In this document: positions 1 to 15,018 of the stretch, piece by piece
Position numbering within the stretch: position 1 is the stretch's first letter
How the letters are laid out: the number at the start of each line of letters is the position of its first letter
Assembly: GCF_006345805.1 (NCBI RefSeq)
Contig: NC_043008.1
Coordinates: 40,672,001-40,736,000, forward strand
Reading direction: 5' to 3'
Length of the DNA stretch: 64,000 nucleotides
DNA from: Octopus sinensis
Taxonomy: Eukaryota
The notes under the pieces: generated by a model
Told to the model about the DNA's origin: nothing
The model's input: the letters and a program-made list of their open reading frames with translations, nothing else
Database searches by the model: none
Position numbers and translations under genes: made by a program

Positions 1-3000
1 TAAATTTCCCACAGATAGTCTATGTAGTGCTCCATTGTCTTATCTGCAGCCTCTCTTCTTAAGAAACGGGCATGTAATTCTTTTGGATGTGTATTTATTT
101 CTATAGATGTATATTCACCTTTCTTTAGCAAGCCTCGCAATCACTGAATCTTATTCTTTATTTCATAGGTCAAACATTTGGTATATGGGTGTTTCATTCC
201 AGAAACATGTCATAGTTACTCTCTGAGCTCGATTTTATCGACTTTCTCTCTTTCCCCATCTTGCTGACCTTTTGCCAACATTTAAAGTCAATATAACTGT
301 GCCATATTTCAAAACATAGAATATATAGTTACTTACTGAATCGGAGAGGAGGATTATTATTAATGCTAAGATTGTAGTTTTGATATATGTTTAATTACGT
401 TCTAACTTCAAATCTTGCATGGATTCCATTTGCTTCTCACTTATTCGGAGTCTGTGTAAAAAAATAATGAAATTTCAGTGATTCTGCCTGTTTAAATGTA
501 TAGTCTTTCCCAAATTTGGAACACATGTTTTTGGTTTCATAAATCTTAACGACAACATGAAACGATATTTGGAAAAAGGATAATATATTTAGTGTATCAT
601 AACTATTACGTGATCCTTGGTCAACAACATCCATTTAGATTCTCATCGATAGACAATATCCTGTAGATAAACACATGGCATAATGTAGGAGAGAATTTTA
701 CTTTGAATTAAGATAAGTTTTGAGTTAAAATCGCACTTTAGTTTGTAACACACTATGAACAGAGAGAAAATGTATGTTAATAAAATATCTCCAAACTTCG
801 TATCCTGAGCTACTTTTCAAAAATGAAACCCAAGAATGATGTTTTAATTTTGATTGCATAACAAAGAAACGTTCTGTTCTCTGAAAAACTCTTATTCATT
901 GCAACATATGACATTTATTTACTGGGTAAATTAGTTACGTAAGTGAACAAACAAATTTATGTCGAAGTAAAAATTTGATATTTAACGTGTTTAACACATT
1001 CAGATACCCTAACCTGAGGGTATCTGAAAAATCTTACGAAAATTTTCTCTTCTAAAGGAGTGTATAAAATCACATTAGGTTGTGAATGATATCATTGGAT
1101 CGTAGAAAGCATGCGTTTCTACTTCGCTATATCTCATCAGGTACGAATATCAAACATGTATTTTCCCTCTTCAAAGAAACGATTCCTTTTAACATAAAAA
1201 GAGAAAATAAATATCTTCTGATCATGAAAACGAAACGAAAAACATCGCCCATTCTCTTTTAGTTTAATCAAAATAATATACAAATGATAACCTAAAGGTT
1301 TTCAAATCATTGATTTCGCTGTGGATGAAGGACTATTTGAGTAAAAATATATGGCAACATGGTTGCTCGGAGTTATGGTAAGAGTATCTTTGGTAAGAGT
1401 TTAAATATAATTATTTTAATAGAACAAATTGGGCATGCATAATTTTAATTGCATCAATAATTTTTGCGAGGATTTTATATTAATCAGAATTAAATGATTG
1501 TAGTTAGAAGAGTCTCAAATATCAAAAATCAATCTTCTGCATTACAGAAACAAGTCGATATTTTTCTAAGTGCTACAGGGAAAGAAGCCTGCACACTTTA
1601 AAATAAATTGGAAAACACGTGTAGCAAATGAACCGAGTATTAGTCTTATTTGACAGAGGGTTGGTTAGATTTCCAAACTTTTAAATTATATATTTTTATA
1701 CTTTATTGTCGTAGGAGTGTTGTTTATCTGCCAAATTTTCCCACATATTTCTTTTAAATTAGTTTAATTTGTTCATTATCAATAAAGAATAATATTTGCA
1801 CATGCAAAAAGAACTAATGGAAAATCCCTAAATTGCACTTTCTGCATAATTATGGAGAATTTAATTGCAAAGGGAGAAATTTAATTGCATATTTCACATA
1901 TTTTATAACCCTACGTAATTAACGATTCCTGGTGTTTATGGGAGGTTTAATTCGTTTTAACATTTCTACCCAAATCCCTATCAAAAATGTCAAAAAACAT
2001 GAGTAGAATGGATTCTAAGTTTTAAACCTCAAATCCGACTGCACATTTACTCCAATGCATAAAGCATTGCTGCATTTCACAGTCAAGATATAGTTTAAAT
2101 TCAATTTGGATTTTTGTTGTTGTCGTTTTGCCTTTTGTTCAAATTTTAGATCGATGCGTTAAATAATTACTGGCATTAATGTGAATTCACAGTGTCATAG
2201 GCAGTCTGTAATTTACATGATATCCCTATACACAGAACCGAAATATATTGTTCTTTAATCTATATTATGCATTTTGAATTAACATGGCTAAGTAGTTACA
2301 AAATTAATCTCGAAAACACAGTATCTCGAGATCGATTACACCGTGAGGAAACTTGAACAACTACAGTTGCCATAATGTCATGTTATTTTTGAGCACATTT
2401 ACAAGCATGTCTGCCGGTTTGATATAATTTAAATGTTCGTTTTTGCACCTTTGTGTTACGCTGATTTTACCTGACATTTGCATTAATATACACGTGGCTA
2501 CCGAATATTACACCGCATCGTTCGCTACTTCAATTGTGGAGTTGAAAGAAAATTGCTGAAGAATTGGGCGCCTATAGGTGAAAATTGATATGTAAGTCCG
2601 TTATGACATCATTCATTAACAGAATGACCATCATCATCTCCAGCGTCACACACATCATCTTGAAAATAACCATCACTATCTTTATTATAAATAATAAAGG
2701 AATATGAACACAAAAGACAATAATTTCTCTGACACCCCAAAGAGCCTAGAGGAAATCCATTGAAGTATGTCGTATTGAATATGCTATCAGTATTATGTAA
2801 CAAGCAATATTCTGTTTTTCATTATATATTGTAAATCATATTGTACAAAATGGATAGTATATGATGTTAGCCATAATATATTTATTTCCTTTAGTATTAG
2901 TATTAGCCATAATATATTTATTTCCTGTATATACGCAGCTCTAATAATTTGTCGTAAAGAATTAAAAATTATAACGACAGTAATATTTATAGGGCATTTT

Positions 3001-3889
3001 ACTGGATACAAAATGATAATATACGAACATTATCCCTTCAATTTGCAGAAATGATAGCTTATAATATGATTTGAAATTATTTTTAGAGAATTTGGTTCCA
3101 AACCACTTTGATCTTAGGGAGGTGGCTGTTCTGTGTTGGGAATAAATTCTCTTGTGTACAATTGGACATTTATGAGTACAGGAAATTTTTTAAAAATGCA
3201 CGAACGGAATATGAAGCCGCCGCCAATCTGACCAAAACATTATTATATTTTGTAACTAGTGCAGACTCCGATGATTATTCTAGGAGTTAGGAGAATGGTT
3301 GAAATAAAAGAATGGCTGAAAAATATTTGCCAAAGACGAAGAGAGAACATTGCTATTGTACCAGAAAGAAAGAGAAATGTAGAAAAAATATATCCATTAG
3401 TTAAATCTGTTGTACAACGGGTGTACAAATATATTGTACAAATGACTTTTAGCAACACTAATTCAGAGTCTGAAAAATAAATTTTGGGATCTTCTTGCGA
3501 TTTGTCGAGTTTGTTTATTTTTTGATAGGAAATATTCTTTGAAGTTCAAAATTAGGAATCATATTTTCATGCTGCATATTTGATGTGCTCCTCGCGTGTT
3601 GTTTACGCTATGTCTATGAGTATACGAACATGACAGCTGCTCTAATGTGCAGACCGATTGGGCCTTATTATAGGTGATAAAATTATTTCGTATATGAAAT
3701 ATAGCAACTGATTAAAGGACAAGGCATAGTATTATCTATACACATAAAATGAAAGTAATTGTTTGTAATTTAGGAAAGTAGGAAGCCATTTTGAAAGGGC
3801 AGGTTAGTCGACCACAGTTAGGGATAAGAGTTGAATGAAGTAAAAGTTTACGGAGCTCCTTTTTGCAAGTATGCGTACACGTGCGTATT

Positions 3890-4057
3890 TATGAATGTAT
3901 GTAAATATGTATATAAACAAGTATGTAAGTATGTATGTACGTGTGTGTGTATGTATGTATGTATGTATGTATGTATGTATGTATGTATGTATGTACGTAT
4001 GTATGTATGTATGCATGTATGTATGTATGTATGTATGTATGTATGTATGTATGTATG
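3890..4057. repeat. (TATG)n tetranucleotide microsatellite
   Basis: Long tatg/gtat run; explains the MYVC/HTYI ORFs. Confidence 0.95.
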
Positions 4058-5879
4058 GGCCTTTTCTCTCTATTTTCATAACCAGTCGTTCATATTAGTT
4101 CTGATGTTTGTTATTACCCATATTTTGATGCCTTCCCTGGCTTCCTTGTTTTGTCAATTGAGGAGGTTATTTGCAAGTTATATCACTAATGTTCAGGTGA
4201 AAATACCGAGTTTTCTCACCATTCGCGCCTATGATAATCAATGAGAGACACTGGTGTTTTTCTGAAACACACAGATATTTTATCAGCTAAATATGAGACG
4301 TGCATTCTTCCAGCATCATTGAGAGTGGAAATTACATAATGTAGAATGGTTCTTGTTTCTGCCTGAAATAAATATGGAAGAGTATGTTGAGATGCTATAT
4401 ATTAATCCAACGATGGCTGCGGAAGGTCCGAAAAACTCTGCTGGTGAGGCAGAATAAAAATTGAGATCTGATTCTTATAACACTGGATTTTCGTGTAAGA
4501 TGTGAAAGAATAAATGGCCATATTGACGAAAATGAGAAGAATTCTGGTAGTTGAACTACACCAGTGGGGACGTACTGCCTTCTACGTGATACGAACTTCT
4601 GCGTGCTATATCCTACTTGTAATAAATATACACATGTATATACATGTGTATGTATGCATGCAGGTGAATGTGGTTAATTTAGTTGTTTTCATTTTCAGTA
4701 CATCCATTAAGTGCGTCTGTTTCAAATATGCGACAAATATCTTTGACTTCAAATGAAGTATATTTATTTAATAGATGCAAGAAACGTCATCTGATAAGTG
4801 AGACATTGTTATGAAGCCTACACTTCAGACGAGCAATTACACCTCTATAAAAAATTAAATAGTATATCCTTGAATATTAAAGAAAATATTGAATTAATTA
4901 TACGTTTTCCAAAACAACGTTTTACATTTACAACTTTCTCTGAAGATATAAAGTTTTGTGTGTTTAAGATAACATCTGTCAGTCTAGTTGGTAGTGAACT
5001 ACAACACAGATAATTGTATATTAAGGTGAGATATAATTATTGACAAAGATAACAAGAAATAACGGATAAATTAGTACTTTAAAGTTTAAGATGTACAATT
5101 TTCTTGCTAAATTCGTAATTTGATAAGTTGGAATATACTTCAAGAGTACTGATTCAAGATAAAGTTGTCGATAGAAGAGTATTGAATACAACCATGCTTA
5201 CACATATCAAATAACACTAGATGGCGTTGTGGAAGACATATTGGTTCAAATTGCATTCAAACGTTCAATTATCATATACATATGTATCCACACAGGAATA
5301 CATGCATATATGCGTATATGCACACACGCACGCACGATCCTAGATGTGTGTCCAAGTTCAATGGGTTTCTTAAACTTGCTATCTGTTCACTTCTTTTCTT
5401 TCGTTCTGACTGTGATATTCACACCACATCAAGTTTATTTCACTTTTCTGGCGATTGCGTTTCTATTCTTATTTTATCATTTGGATGTGTCTTTTATTTC
5501 ATTAGTATTATTTTTGTTATTATATACTGCCATTTTGATTTTTCATATTTTCCAGTTTATTGTTTTCTTAATTGTATTATTTTCGAAATTATAGTTATCA
5601 TTGAATTTTTTAAAAAATTCAATATTCTGATTAGAGTTATTAATCATATTATTGCTATGGCTATGTTACCATATCTTGTCCTCCTCCTTCTACACATTTA
5701 CCTTCAGATAACCCGACAATGGTTTACTTAAGGACATATTTCCTGTCTTTATGTTGCAATTTTGCCAATGATGTCCTCTACATTAGTTGCGCAATACAGC
5801 CATTCGGTTCATGTAATTTTCGGCGGTCGTCATTTTGAAAAGACGTGTACGTTATATAATGCATAAATTTCGATTAAGT

Positions 5880-6130
5880 TCTCTGTCTTCTCTCTCTCTC
5901 TCTCTCTGTCTTCCCACACACACATACACAAACTCTCTCACACATACATACTCTCCTTCTCTCTCTCACAGTCACACTCTCCCCCTCTCACACACTCTCA
6001 CACTCACACTCTCTTCCTCTCTATCTATCTACCTAGCTATCTCTTTCACTTTATGTATATATCTGTCTCTTTCTCTCTCTCTCTGTCTATCTATCTCTTT
6101 CACTTTCTCGCTTTCTGTCTCAACACAACG
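5880..6130. repeat. (CT)n/(CA)n compound low-complexity repeat
   Basis: ctct and caca runs; SLSL/THTH ORFs. Confidence 0.9.
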
Positions 6131-7527
6131 CGCGCGCAAACTGACACAGACGTCTGTGTGTTTATGAGTGGGTTTATTGAAAGAAGGATAGATATAAAGA
6201 GAGAAAGACTGGCAGAGGGAAAGACAGTCGGACAGACAGACAAAGAGTTAGGCAGGAGATAATTTGTATCTCTTCATTTGTATTTGTTCTTGGAAACATA
6301 ATCGATTACTAATACGTGACTAAAGCATTTGGCTTGAACAAAAGATTCTGCGTTAATAGCTACAAGAAATATTCACTGAAAAATGATTTCGTGTTAAGAG
6401 AAGTTAATATCTGCATGGCTAAGACAATCTATAATTATAACTTAATTAAAAATTAACTAACGTATACTTCAATTAAAAAAGAATGTTAAATTAATTATAT
6501 ATTTTCAAAAATTACGTTTTAAAGTAACGACTTGGAAAATCTTCGAAGTTTTAGAATTAAAAGGAACATCTGTCAGACTGGTATAATTGAACAGTAACAC
6601 ATAATTAAATGTAAATTCAATATATTATTTTTAATAAGCTTTACGTTTTATACTGCACATGTTGATGATTCTTCGCCACAAGATAAGCAATTTTCTTGCT
6701 AGAGAATTTAGTTGTTTGCAATGGGTAATTCGAGAAGAGTAGCAACTGAATGTTAAGGTACAACATATATATATAGTAGGCCGAATGAATGGTTGAGTAA
6801 AAATGCATATTTAGACGAGATGAATTTAATTATGATCTGATTTGCAAATATAGATTGTTTGTATTGACTTTAAAATTTGGTGTAGGCTCTCATTATTCCC
6901 GTTCAAATACACCTAAGTTCTAAACAGGGAGGTAATGTGTGACAGTGATATACAAATAGATAAATAAGTAGAGGTAGAAATATATATATACGAACACATA
7001 TATAGAGGGAGATAAAGAGAGAGAAAGGGAGGGAGAACAGTACATAGCGTATTTACAGATAGGGTTACTGTGTAGTGAATGCTCGAATTACATTGGCAGG
7101 CTGCGCACTGAAAGCGGACTGTGTAATATTGAGAATTAATCCAGGTGAAGACATTAGAAATGAGTTTCAGGATTTAGGACTTCGAGGAGAAGAGAATGCC
7201 AACAAAATAAAGAGGGTAGATATATAGACATAGAGGTTGATTTCATTCTTATAGTTAATACTAATAATGTTAAAATTCACAGTCAGAGAGTAGATTTAAT
7301 ACTATCTTGTTCTTAAGAAACCTCTCTGTCTATATATCTACTCTCTCTATAATGTTGGCAGACGAAATAGGGATAAGAATGTGCATTGTCCGTTTGATTG
7401 GAAAATTTCTGAAGGTGGTTGAAGATTGCACGGCATTTTAAAACTGATGTAATGCTTACAGTGTTTAATAAAATGAAGTAGCATGAAACGATCGTACCGC
7501 ATTACTTCGGTCATACTTGTTGCTTAT

Positions 7528-7566
<39 letters not shown>

Positions 7567-7581
7567 TATATATATATATAT

Positions 7582-7622
<41 letters not shown>

Positions 7623-7654
7623 TTCTTAGTCTTTTATTTTTTTATTTCTTGTCT

Positions 7655-8046
7655 TTCCTTCAGTTATCTGACTGTGGCCATGATAGAGCACCAACGTAGT
7701 CGAGCAAATCGACACCAGGGCGACTTATTCTTTGTAAGCCTAGTACTTATTCTATCTCCCTTTTGCACAAAAGCTATGTTACGGGGACGTAAACACACCA
7801 ACATCAGCTGTCAAGCAATGCTAGGAGGACAAACACAGACACACAAACACATACACACATACATATATACATATACACATATATACGACGGGCTTCTTTC
7901 AGTTTCCCTCTACCAAATCCACTCAAAAGGCATTGGTCGGCCAGAGGCTATAGCAGAAGACACTCGCCCAAGATGCCACGCAGTGGGACTGAATCCGGAA
8001 CCATGTGGTTGGTTAGCAAGCTACTTACCACATAGCCACTCCAGCG

Positions 8047-8048
<2 letters not shown>
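7655..8048 (-). mobile_element. tRNA-derived SINE, family A, near full length, with internal (CA/TA)n linker
   Basis: Minus-strand head ggcgctggagtggctatgtggtaagtagcttgc...ggattcagtccc has A/B-box-like motifs; homologous segments at 17.7, 23.1-23.7, 25.3, 58.7 and 60.7 kb. Confidence 0.85.
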
Positions 8049-8127
<79 letters not shown>

Positions 8128-9481
8128 TTGTGTGTGTGTGCTTGTGTATGTGTGTGTGTGTTTGTGTGTGTGTTTGTGTATCAGTTGAATAAAATTACAA
8201 CATGGTCTGGTTTTCACGTTGTCATGTTGTAACTTTATTCAACCGAAATATTATTCCCTACACAATTACGCAAATTTCGTTAAAAAAATATATGTACATA
8301 TACGTATATATACAATTACCTTCATCAACATCATAACTATTATTATCGTTCTCATATTTTATCAAATGGCATAAACTTCAATAACGTTGCTAATTAGTGT
8401 TTAATATTTGGTTCTAGGCAAGCTACATATCCTATGAATTAATCTCGGAGCCTTTCATTCTAATAACATTCATTCCTCGAACGCTCTCCGGAGAATATGC
8501 ATAAATCCCCTTCCTATTTGATCTTTATTCCTTTTTTGTTTTTGTTTTTAGAGGGTCACAGAATTCTTCAAACAAATACCGACATCCTCTATACTGTTAC
8601 CTATATTTTGTTTTACTAATTTAGTAGTTTTCAGCATTTTCCCACTATTCATTGAAAATTACAAGTATATTGTCTGCATTCATTCCTGTCGAACATTCTG
8701 CAACGCGGGTACCTAGGTTTTATTTCTCTATTCTACAATAGCTTTCGAGATAATTCTTCATACATGTGCCAAGTATCCAACTGTGAGGATAGGCATTGAG
8801 CAATGCATTTTTTCTTCATATATTTCACACCCCTTGAGTGGATATCCCTCGCCTTTTCATAATCAATAATGGTGAGTCATTTAATAGATAGTCACATTTT
8901 CTTAGATAGAGGGAAACAGCTGAATCGATCTCATTATGATTATGATATACGCTGTTTTTCTACACAACTTAACCATTTTACTTCGAAATACTTTAATTTT
9001 AGTAATAATTGTTTGATAGTCGTTTAGTCCTCATCACTATGTGCAGACAGTCCTTTCATTGTACTGGCTTTCAGTATAACTGTCCCATCGCATTTATAAA
9101 ATTAACAACATTGTCAAACAACCTTTTTTCAGATAATACTTAGTCACTGGAAATACATATGAATGTTCCTTCTGAAAAACAATGTGTGGCGTAGATATTG
9201 TGTGTTTGGATCTTATATACTAACTACAGACTCCAACGTTCGATTCTCATAATTTTCCGTCGCTTTAAAATATGATAATACGCGCAGGTTATATGATGTG
9301 ATAAACACACAATTTATCCTTAGATATTTTAGTTTTGACGCGCGTGATACTAGATTAGGTTTTGGTGGTTTACAGATACACGCAAACAGGCATGTACAAA
9401 CACATACAGACATATATACACACACTTGCATACATACACATATACAATACAAATACATACTTACATACATATATGTATATA

Positions 9482-9709
9482 TATTTCTTTACTACCCACA
9501 AGGGGCTAAAAACAGAGGGGACAAACAAGGACAGACAAACGGATTAAGTCGATTACATCGACCCCAGTGCATAACTGGTACTTAATTTATCGCCCCCTAA
9601 AGGATGAAAGGCAAAGTCGACCTAGGCGGAATTTAAACTCGGAACGTAACGACAGACGAAATACGGCTACGCATTTCGCCTGGCGTGGTAACGTTCCTGC
9701 TAGTTCGCC
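9482..9709 (-). mobile_element. tRNA-derived SINE, family B (B1 tail)
   Basis: Highly similar to copies at 32.8, 43.7, 47.7 and 49.3 kb (cccacaaggggctaaa...gtcgattacatcgaccccagtg...ggatgaaaggcaaagtcgacct...gcatttcgcc). Confidence 0.9.
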
Positions 9710-9780
<71 letters not shown>

Positions 9781-9785
<5 letters not shown>

Positions 9786-9985
9786 ACAAAACATCTGGGC
9801 AGTTATACGATACAAAAATGGACAGGGAAAAACAAGGACGGGTCATTCGGAGCTTTCTGTCTTCAGTTGAATTCCAGATCGTCGTTGCAGTTTCGGCCGG
9901 TTACACTCAAGACTGCTCCAATCTGACCGGCCCCAAGCTACGCCCTACATCATGAAAACCGCTACGCCAGCGTCCAGTTTGTAAG
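9781..9985. mobile_element. Short repeat fragment abutting (TA)n, possibly a Penelope-like terminal repeat
   Basis: GC-richer island next to a TA run (aaaaacaaggacgggtcattcgg...gtttcggccggttacactc); family assignment from recall only. Confidence 0.35.
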
Positions 9986-12614
9986 TGAAAAAAAGAATAT
10001 GTTCCCTAACACAGAAGCTCCTGTAATTCCAGATTCGTTGATGAATATCCTAGAATAAAATCGCAAGGCGTAACTCAGAGATATATCGAGACTCATCTCA
10101 GATAAATTTAGAGATATATACATTATATATAACTTATATACATGTATTTAGTTGGGGGTATTTTTTTTAGTTTTGTATCTCTATTTAATTTAAAGTGACT
10201 GCACAAAGCTTCCTATTTCTCTTAGTTCGAGAAATAACCTCATATTTGAACGAAGTTTAATGTAGTCTGTTACTTTGTAACTACTATTCAGTAGATGAAT
10301 GCAAATATTCTTTGTTATACTTCTCGCATACAAAAAATAATGGATTTGACGCTAACGAGAATCACCGTTGCCATATATGACAGAAATAGTGTTATACTTG
10401 TTCAATATATCCATAATTTCCGTAGCTCTTTTCAACCTATGTTCACTATTTGTCAGTGCCCTCTCCTTTTCCAGTAGTTTTTATAATATTTAGCATTTTA
10501 TTTCAACAGACGTGTCCGTCATTTTATGAAGATGTTTGGATTTCAGGTGTCACTTTGATATGCTTTTATTTCATAAGGATACGAACCTGTTATATCTTCA
10601 CTTTATCTATCTGTTTTATTTTTCGTTTTCATTTTGATGTGATATGTTTGATATTCAATCTTCATACGTTAACGTCATTTAATGCATAGAATCCGCATCA
10701 GTCCTGTATATGTTATTTTTGCATCTAAAATATTTGTTACATTTACTCGTGCATATTATTTTCATATACATGACCCTCCATAAATTATTCATAGTCAGTG
10801 TTTCAGAGAATCCAGGTATATGGGAAACATATTATCGGTCTGTATTTTGTGAGAGTGTGCAGTGTTTTTCTTTATTTTGTTCGTGAGGTGTGATCATGTT
10901 GTTTTTTCCGCTCTAATAACCAACCGAATGTCATTTGTGTTCTTTTTTAATGCGTTAGCTTTGTAACGTATTCTTATATATTGGATTAACCATTTAACCA
11001 TAAATTATGTCGAACGTATCACTTCTTAGATCATTGATTTTACGCTGTTTATATGACTAAGCTCCTAACTGTATTTGCTGTGCTAAATTTGCGGTACTGA
11101 AATTTACATTTTTCTTTCATTTACATTATGTCATTTCCCACACTTTATAGAGTTGTACATTTTAGTTTCACATGATCTGTGTGTAGAATGTTTTCATAAC
11201 GTCTGATAATTCTACTAGCCTGATGTTCCTTTTATTGGTGTCTGGTCACATTATTTATTATACGTTTCTTATACTCTCATATCTTGCAAAGCATGTCATC
11301 CATTATTTTGTTTCTAAATTTTCGTTTTTATTTCGTAGCGCTTTCCTTTTTTCTATTTTCATATTAGACTTCGAATTTCCGAATAACCTAATGTAGGAAC
11401 ACAGTTTACTTTTCTTTTTTTCAAGATACTATATTTTATATTTACTTACATATCACTTTTATAGGCTTGGTCTTTTTCTTTTTTCTTTTTTTTTTTCGTG
11501 AGAGTAGGTCAGATTATGAGCAACATACTTTTGTTTACCTAACATATCACCTGAAAAAATTATTTTTCATTTATGATTATGATTTTGTCATCGGTTATGT
11601 AAACATATGTCATCGTGGATGTCTTTATCATTGGCCTTTATATCACGATGTGTTTTCTTTATTTTGGAAGAAGTATGTCAGTCACATTGAAACACATTTT
11701 AGAATGTGCCACTTCATTGTTTCTGCTAGATTATTTTAAAAAATGACATTTCATTTTCTCATTATGTGCTATTCTGATCCTCCTCGAGTTTGGGAAGTGC
11801 ATTCTATTGTCTTTTTCCGACAATTGTATTCAGTTCAAATTCATATAAGACCTCAGATATCGCGATAATTAAAATGCATTTATTTATATATACTTCTATT
11901 TACATTTTCATAGAAAAAAAATTATAAGATCACAATATATCTTATGTTCCCGATTCTAAGGTACAATTTGAGGTCTCAGCGTTATTTAAATGCTAATTCA
12001 TATATTCAGATAAGTGACTACATCTGACTATATGAATCTTGTTCATTGGTTCATATTTAATTCATTGTTTCCATGGCGAAATCTGTGTTCATCATACTCG
12101 TATTCTGTGTTTATTCTCTCTTTATATCCGTCGCTGTTTTGTTGTTATGGTTTGTTCTTTTTTTATATTTAGTCGGCTTTCTTGTATTATTGTCATTGTA
12201 TTATAAGGGTTTAACCATTGTATATTTAGTCTTCACCGCTTCGTTATTTTCTAAAAGTAGCGAAATTTTGTTATTTTCTGTAAACGTTTGGTTCTATTGT
12301 TATGTTCATTGAGTTGTAAAAGCTATATCCAATTATTTATATATATAGCTAATGTTATATATCATTAAATATTATTAGTAGTGGTATTATTATCATTTAT
12401 TTACTTATGTTCAATATATATATTCGTTATTTATGTCAGTGTATTTCCTTTTCTGGGATATTCGTAATAATATTTGAAAAACTGCGTACATTCGTTAATA
12501 TATCTGAATTTACGTGTGATCTTTCCCTTCTTTCATTTTCCTATCTATCTCGCAAGTTATATTTCGTCGGTGCAGAATGTCTATAAACATCTGTGTTTCA
12601 TTTCTATAACATTT

Positions 12615-12790
12615 GACGGCAGCGAGCCAGCAGAATCGTTACCATGCGGGTAAAATGTTCAGCGAAATTTCGTCCGGCCTTTGCTTTTTAAGTCCAAATT
12701 CCGACGAATTTGTCGATTTTGCCTTTCATAGTTTCGATGTCGATAAATTACCAGTCAAGCATTAGGTTCAATCTAATCGATTTCGCTATT
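12615..12790 (+). mobile_element. Degenerate SINE family B copy
   Basis: gacggcagcgagccagcagaatcgtt...aaattccgacgaa...gattttgcctttcat...gtcgataaatta aligns to the family B head and core. Confidence 0.75.
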
Positions 12791-13345
12791 CTGCCAAAAA
12801 CTGCTGGCCCTGAGCAAAAAATTCAAGCTATTTCTATAACATTTAGATGTAAGCCATTAAGTTGGTACACAGGAGTGCATGAATCCGTTAGTTTGAGAAA
12901 CGACGTTGTGGGGACCATAAGACCAACCCCGTGACAGGGCACACAGTTCTACACACAGAACTGCGTATTACAATTGGATGGCAAAATTCGTGGCAAAACT
13001 TAAGTCCCTGTGATCAGAAATTCACTCCCATAGCTTCCGTTAAGGGTCTGTGAAACAATACTAAGATAACAGGATATGATGGCGTTACATTTCTCCAAAT
13101 ATCGATCGACGACCAAACTTTTCTGCGGTAACATCTGTTACATTTTGTATTCTGAGGTCATATCTCATTAAATTTATGTTTTGCAGTTTATCCCTGTAGA
13201 GCCGCTAGAACGCAGAACGAGTCATGAAGGGAAAATAATTTAATCGACTAACCACGTGGAGGCGAATATGTGGCAAGTAGACTGAAGTATCATCAATACA
13301 TATAAAGAGCTGTGTCTATTATATAACTTGCCTATTATATTACTT

Positions 13346-13346
<1 letters not shown>

Positions 13347-13400
<54 letters not shown>
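13347..13400. repeat. (TAG)n microsatellite
   Basis: Pure tag run. Confidence 0.95.
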
Positions 13401-13554
13401 ACATAGCAGCAGCAACAGCAGAATCAATTGTTACAGCTTAAATTCATGATGAATTATTTCATTTCATTTGAGATTGACTCGAAAATAATAGAGAATAACG
13501 ATGAAGGTGAATCTTACAAATATGCTTCTGCAAGTATTGATGAAGGGGAGGAAA

Positions 13555-13718
13555 ATGATAATGATGATGACGGGGATGATGTTGATGATTATGATGAAGA
13601 CAATGATGATGATGATTATGATGACGATGATGATGATGATGATGACGATGATGATAATGACGATGATGATGATGATGACGATGACGATGATGATGACAAT
13701 GATGATGATGATGATGAC

Positions 13719-13761
<43 letters not shown>

Positions 13762-13876
13762 TTGATGATGATGATGGTGATAACGATGATGAGGTGTTGA
13801 TAGTGGCATGTTGGTACGGGTTTCGTTGGCTGATTCTGATGGTTTCGGCTCAGATGATGATGATGATGTTGATGAC

Positions 13877-13912
<36 letters not shown>
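13555..13912. repeat. (GAT)n trinucleotide repeat tract
   Basis: gat/gac runs; source of the poly-D, poly-M, poly-H and poly-I ORFs. Confidence 0.95.
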
Positions 13913-13913
<1 letters not shown>

Positions 13914-14415
13914 GCAGCTTGGCATTGAATGTTTTACGCCATATTTCACTCGCTGTGCACTTTGTTTCTTTTCACTTACCGCCTTGCTATTGTTATTACA
14001 TTTGCTGTTGTTGTTGTTGTTGTTGTTGCAGTTGTTGTTCTCGCTAGTATTATTGTTTTGTTAACGGTGTAGAATTTTGCTTTTAATTAGAAGCTATTCT
14101 TGAATAGAAAATTTTATTCAGGTTTCAGACAATTTACCGATAATGGAATATGAAATGAAAATATTTTTCTCTTCTTTCTTTTTTTTTATCTCAAGCCAAA
14201 TTTCTCTTACCGCTAACGCATGAAGCAGATAGTTTTTCATGTTTCAGAAAAGACCAAAAAAACTCTACTTTCAAACAAACATAACTAGCTATTGAAATGA
14301 AAAAAAAATTATACGGGGAGAAAACACGAAGGCGAGAAAAATAATCATGCAAAAAAGCAAATATGTATGAATGGAAATAAAGAATAATTTCATACGTATA
14401 TGCATGTATATATCC

Positions 14416-14450
<35 letters not shown>

Positions 14451-14738
14451 CATACACATGCATACAAGCACATACACCTGTGTGTGTGCGTGTTTGTATG
14501 TGTGTACATTGGGCTTTATGTGTCTATGTTTGTATGCAATATGCAATAATTTACATACCAAATTAATATTTTAAGTTTGGCACATAGTATATGCGTTCCC
14601 TTGCTTTTTAACTTCGCAAATAAATTTATATACGCATACTCGCACAAACAAATACTTGCATACAGAGACAAACGAATGCACACTCACATTTCCACATGTA
14701 TGTATAGTCCTCAAAATATAAACATACATACATACTTG

Positions 14739-14816
<78 letters not shown>

Positions 14817-14908
14817 TATATACATATATATACATGCATACATACATATATGTCCACATATATGTACCTATATCAACAGCAATCGTAATAAGGGTTATTA
14901 CGAAGTGC

Positions 14909-14941
<33 letters not shown>

Positions 14942-14955
14942 GAGTATATATATAT

Positions 14956-15018
<63 letters not shown>

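Noticed and set aside
2609-2803. Acidic C-terminus DSDGYFQDDVCDAGDDDGHSVNE
   Set aside because: Best explained as a decayed (GAT)n tract; no recognisable domain
7063-7218. Short frame ...CVILRINPGEDIRNEF... reminiscent of the PPC/DUF296 LRLxPGED motif
   Set aside because: Only ~8 residues of similarity, no convincing donor, and a stop follows; probably chance
9884-9920. Possible hammerhead (…ggccgaaac on the minus strand)
   Set aside because: No CUGANGA-like core or stem II can be drawn
13428-14047. Poly-D, poly-M, poly-H and poly-I ORFs (up to 166 aa)
   Set aside because: All frames and both strands are open because of the (GAT)n repeat; no non-repetitive coding context or splice evidence
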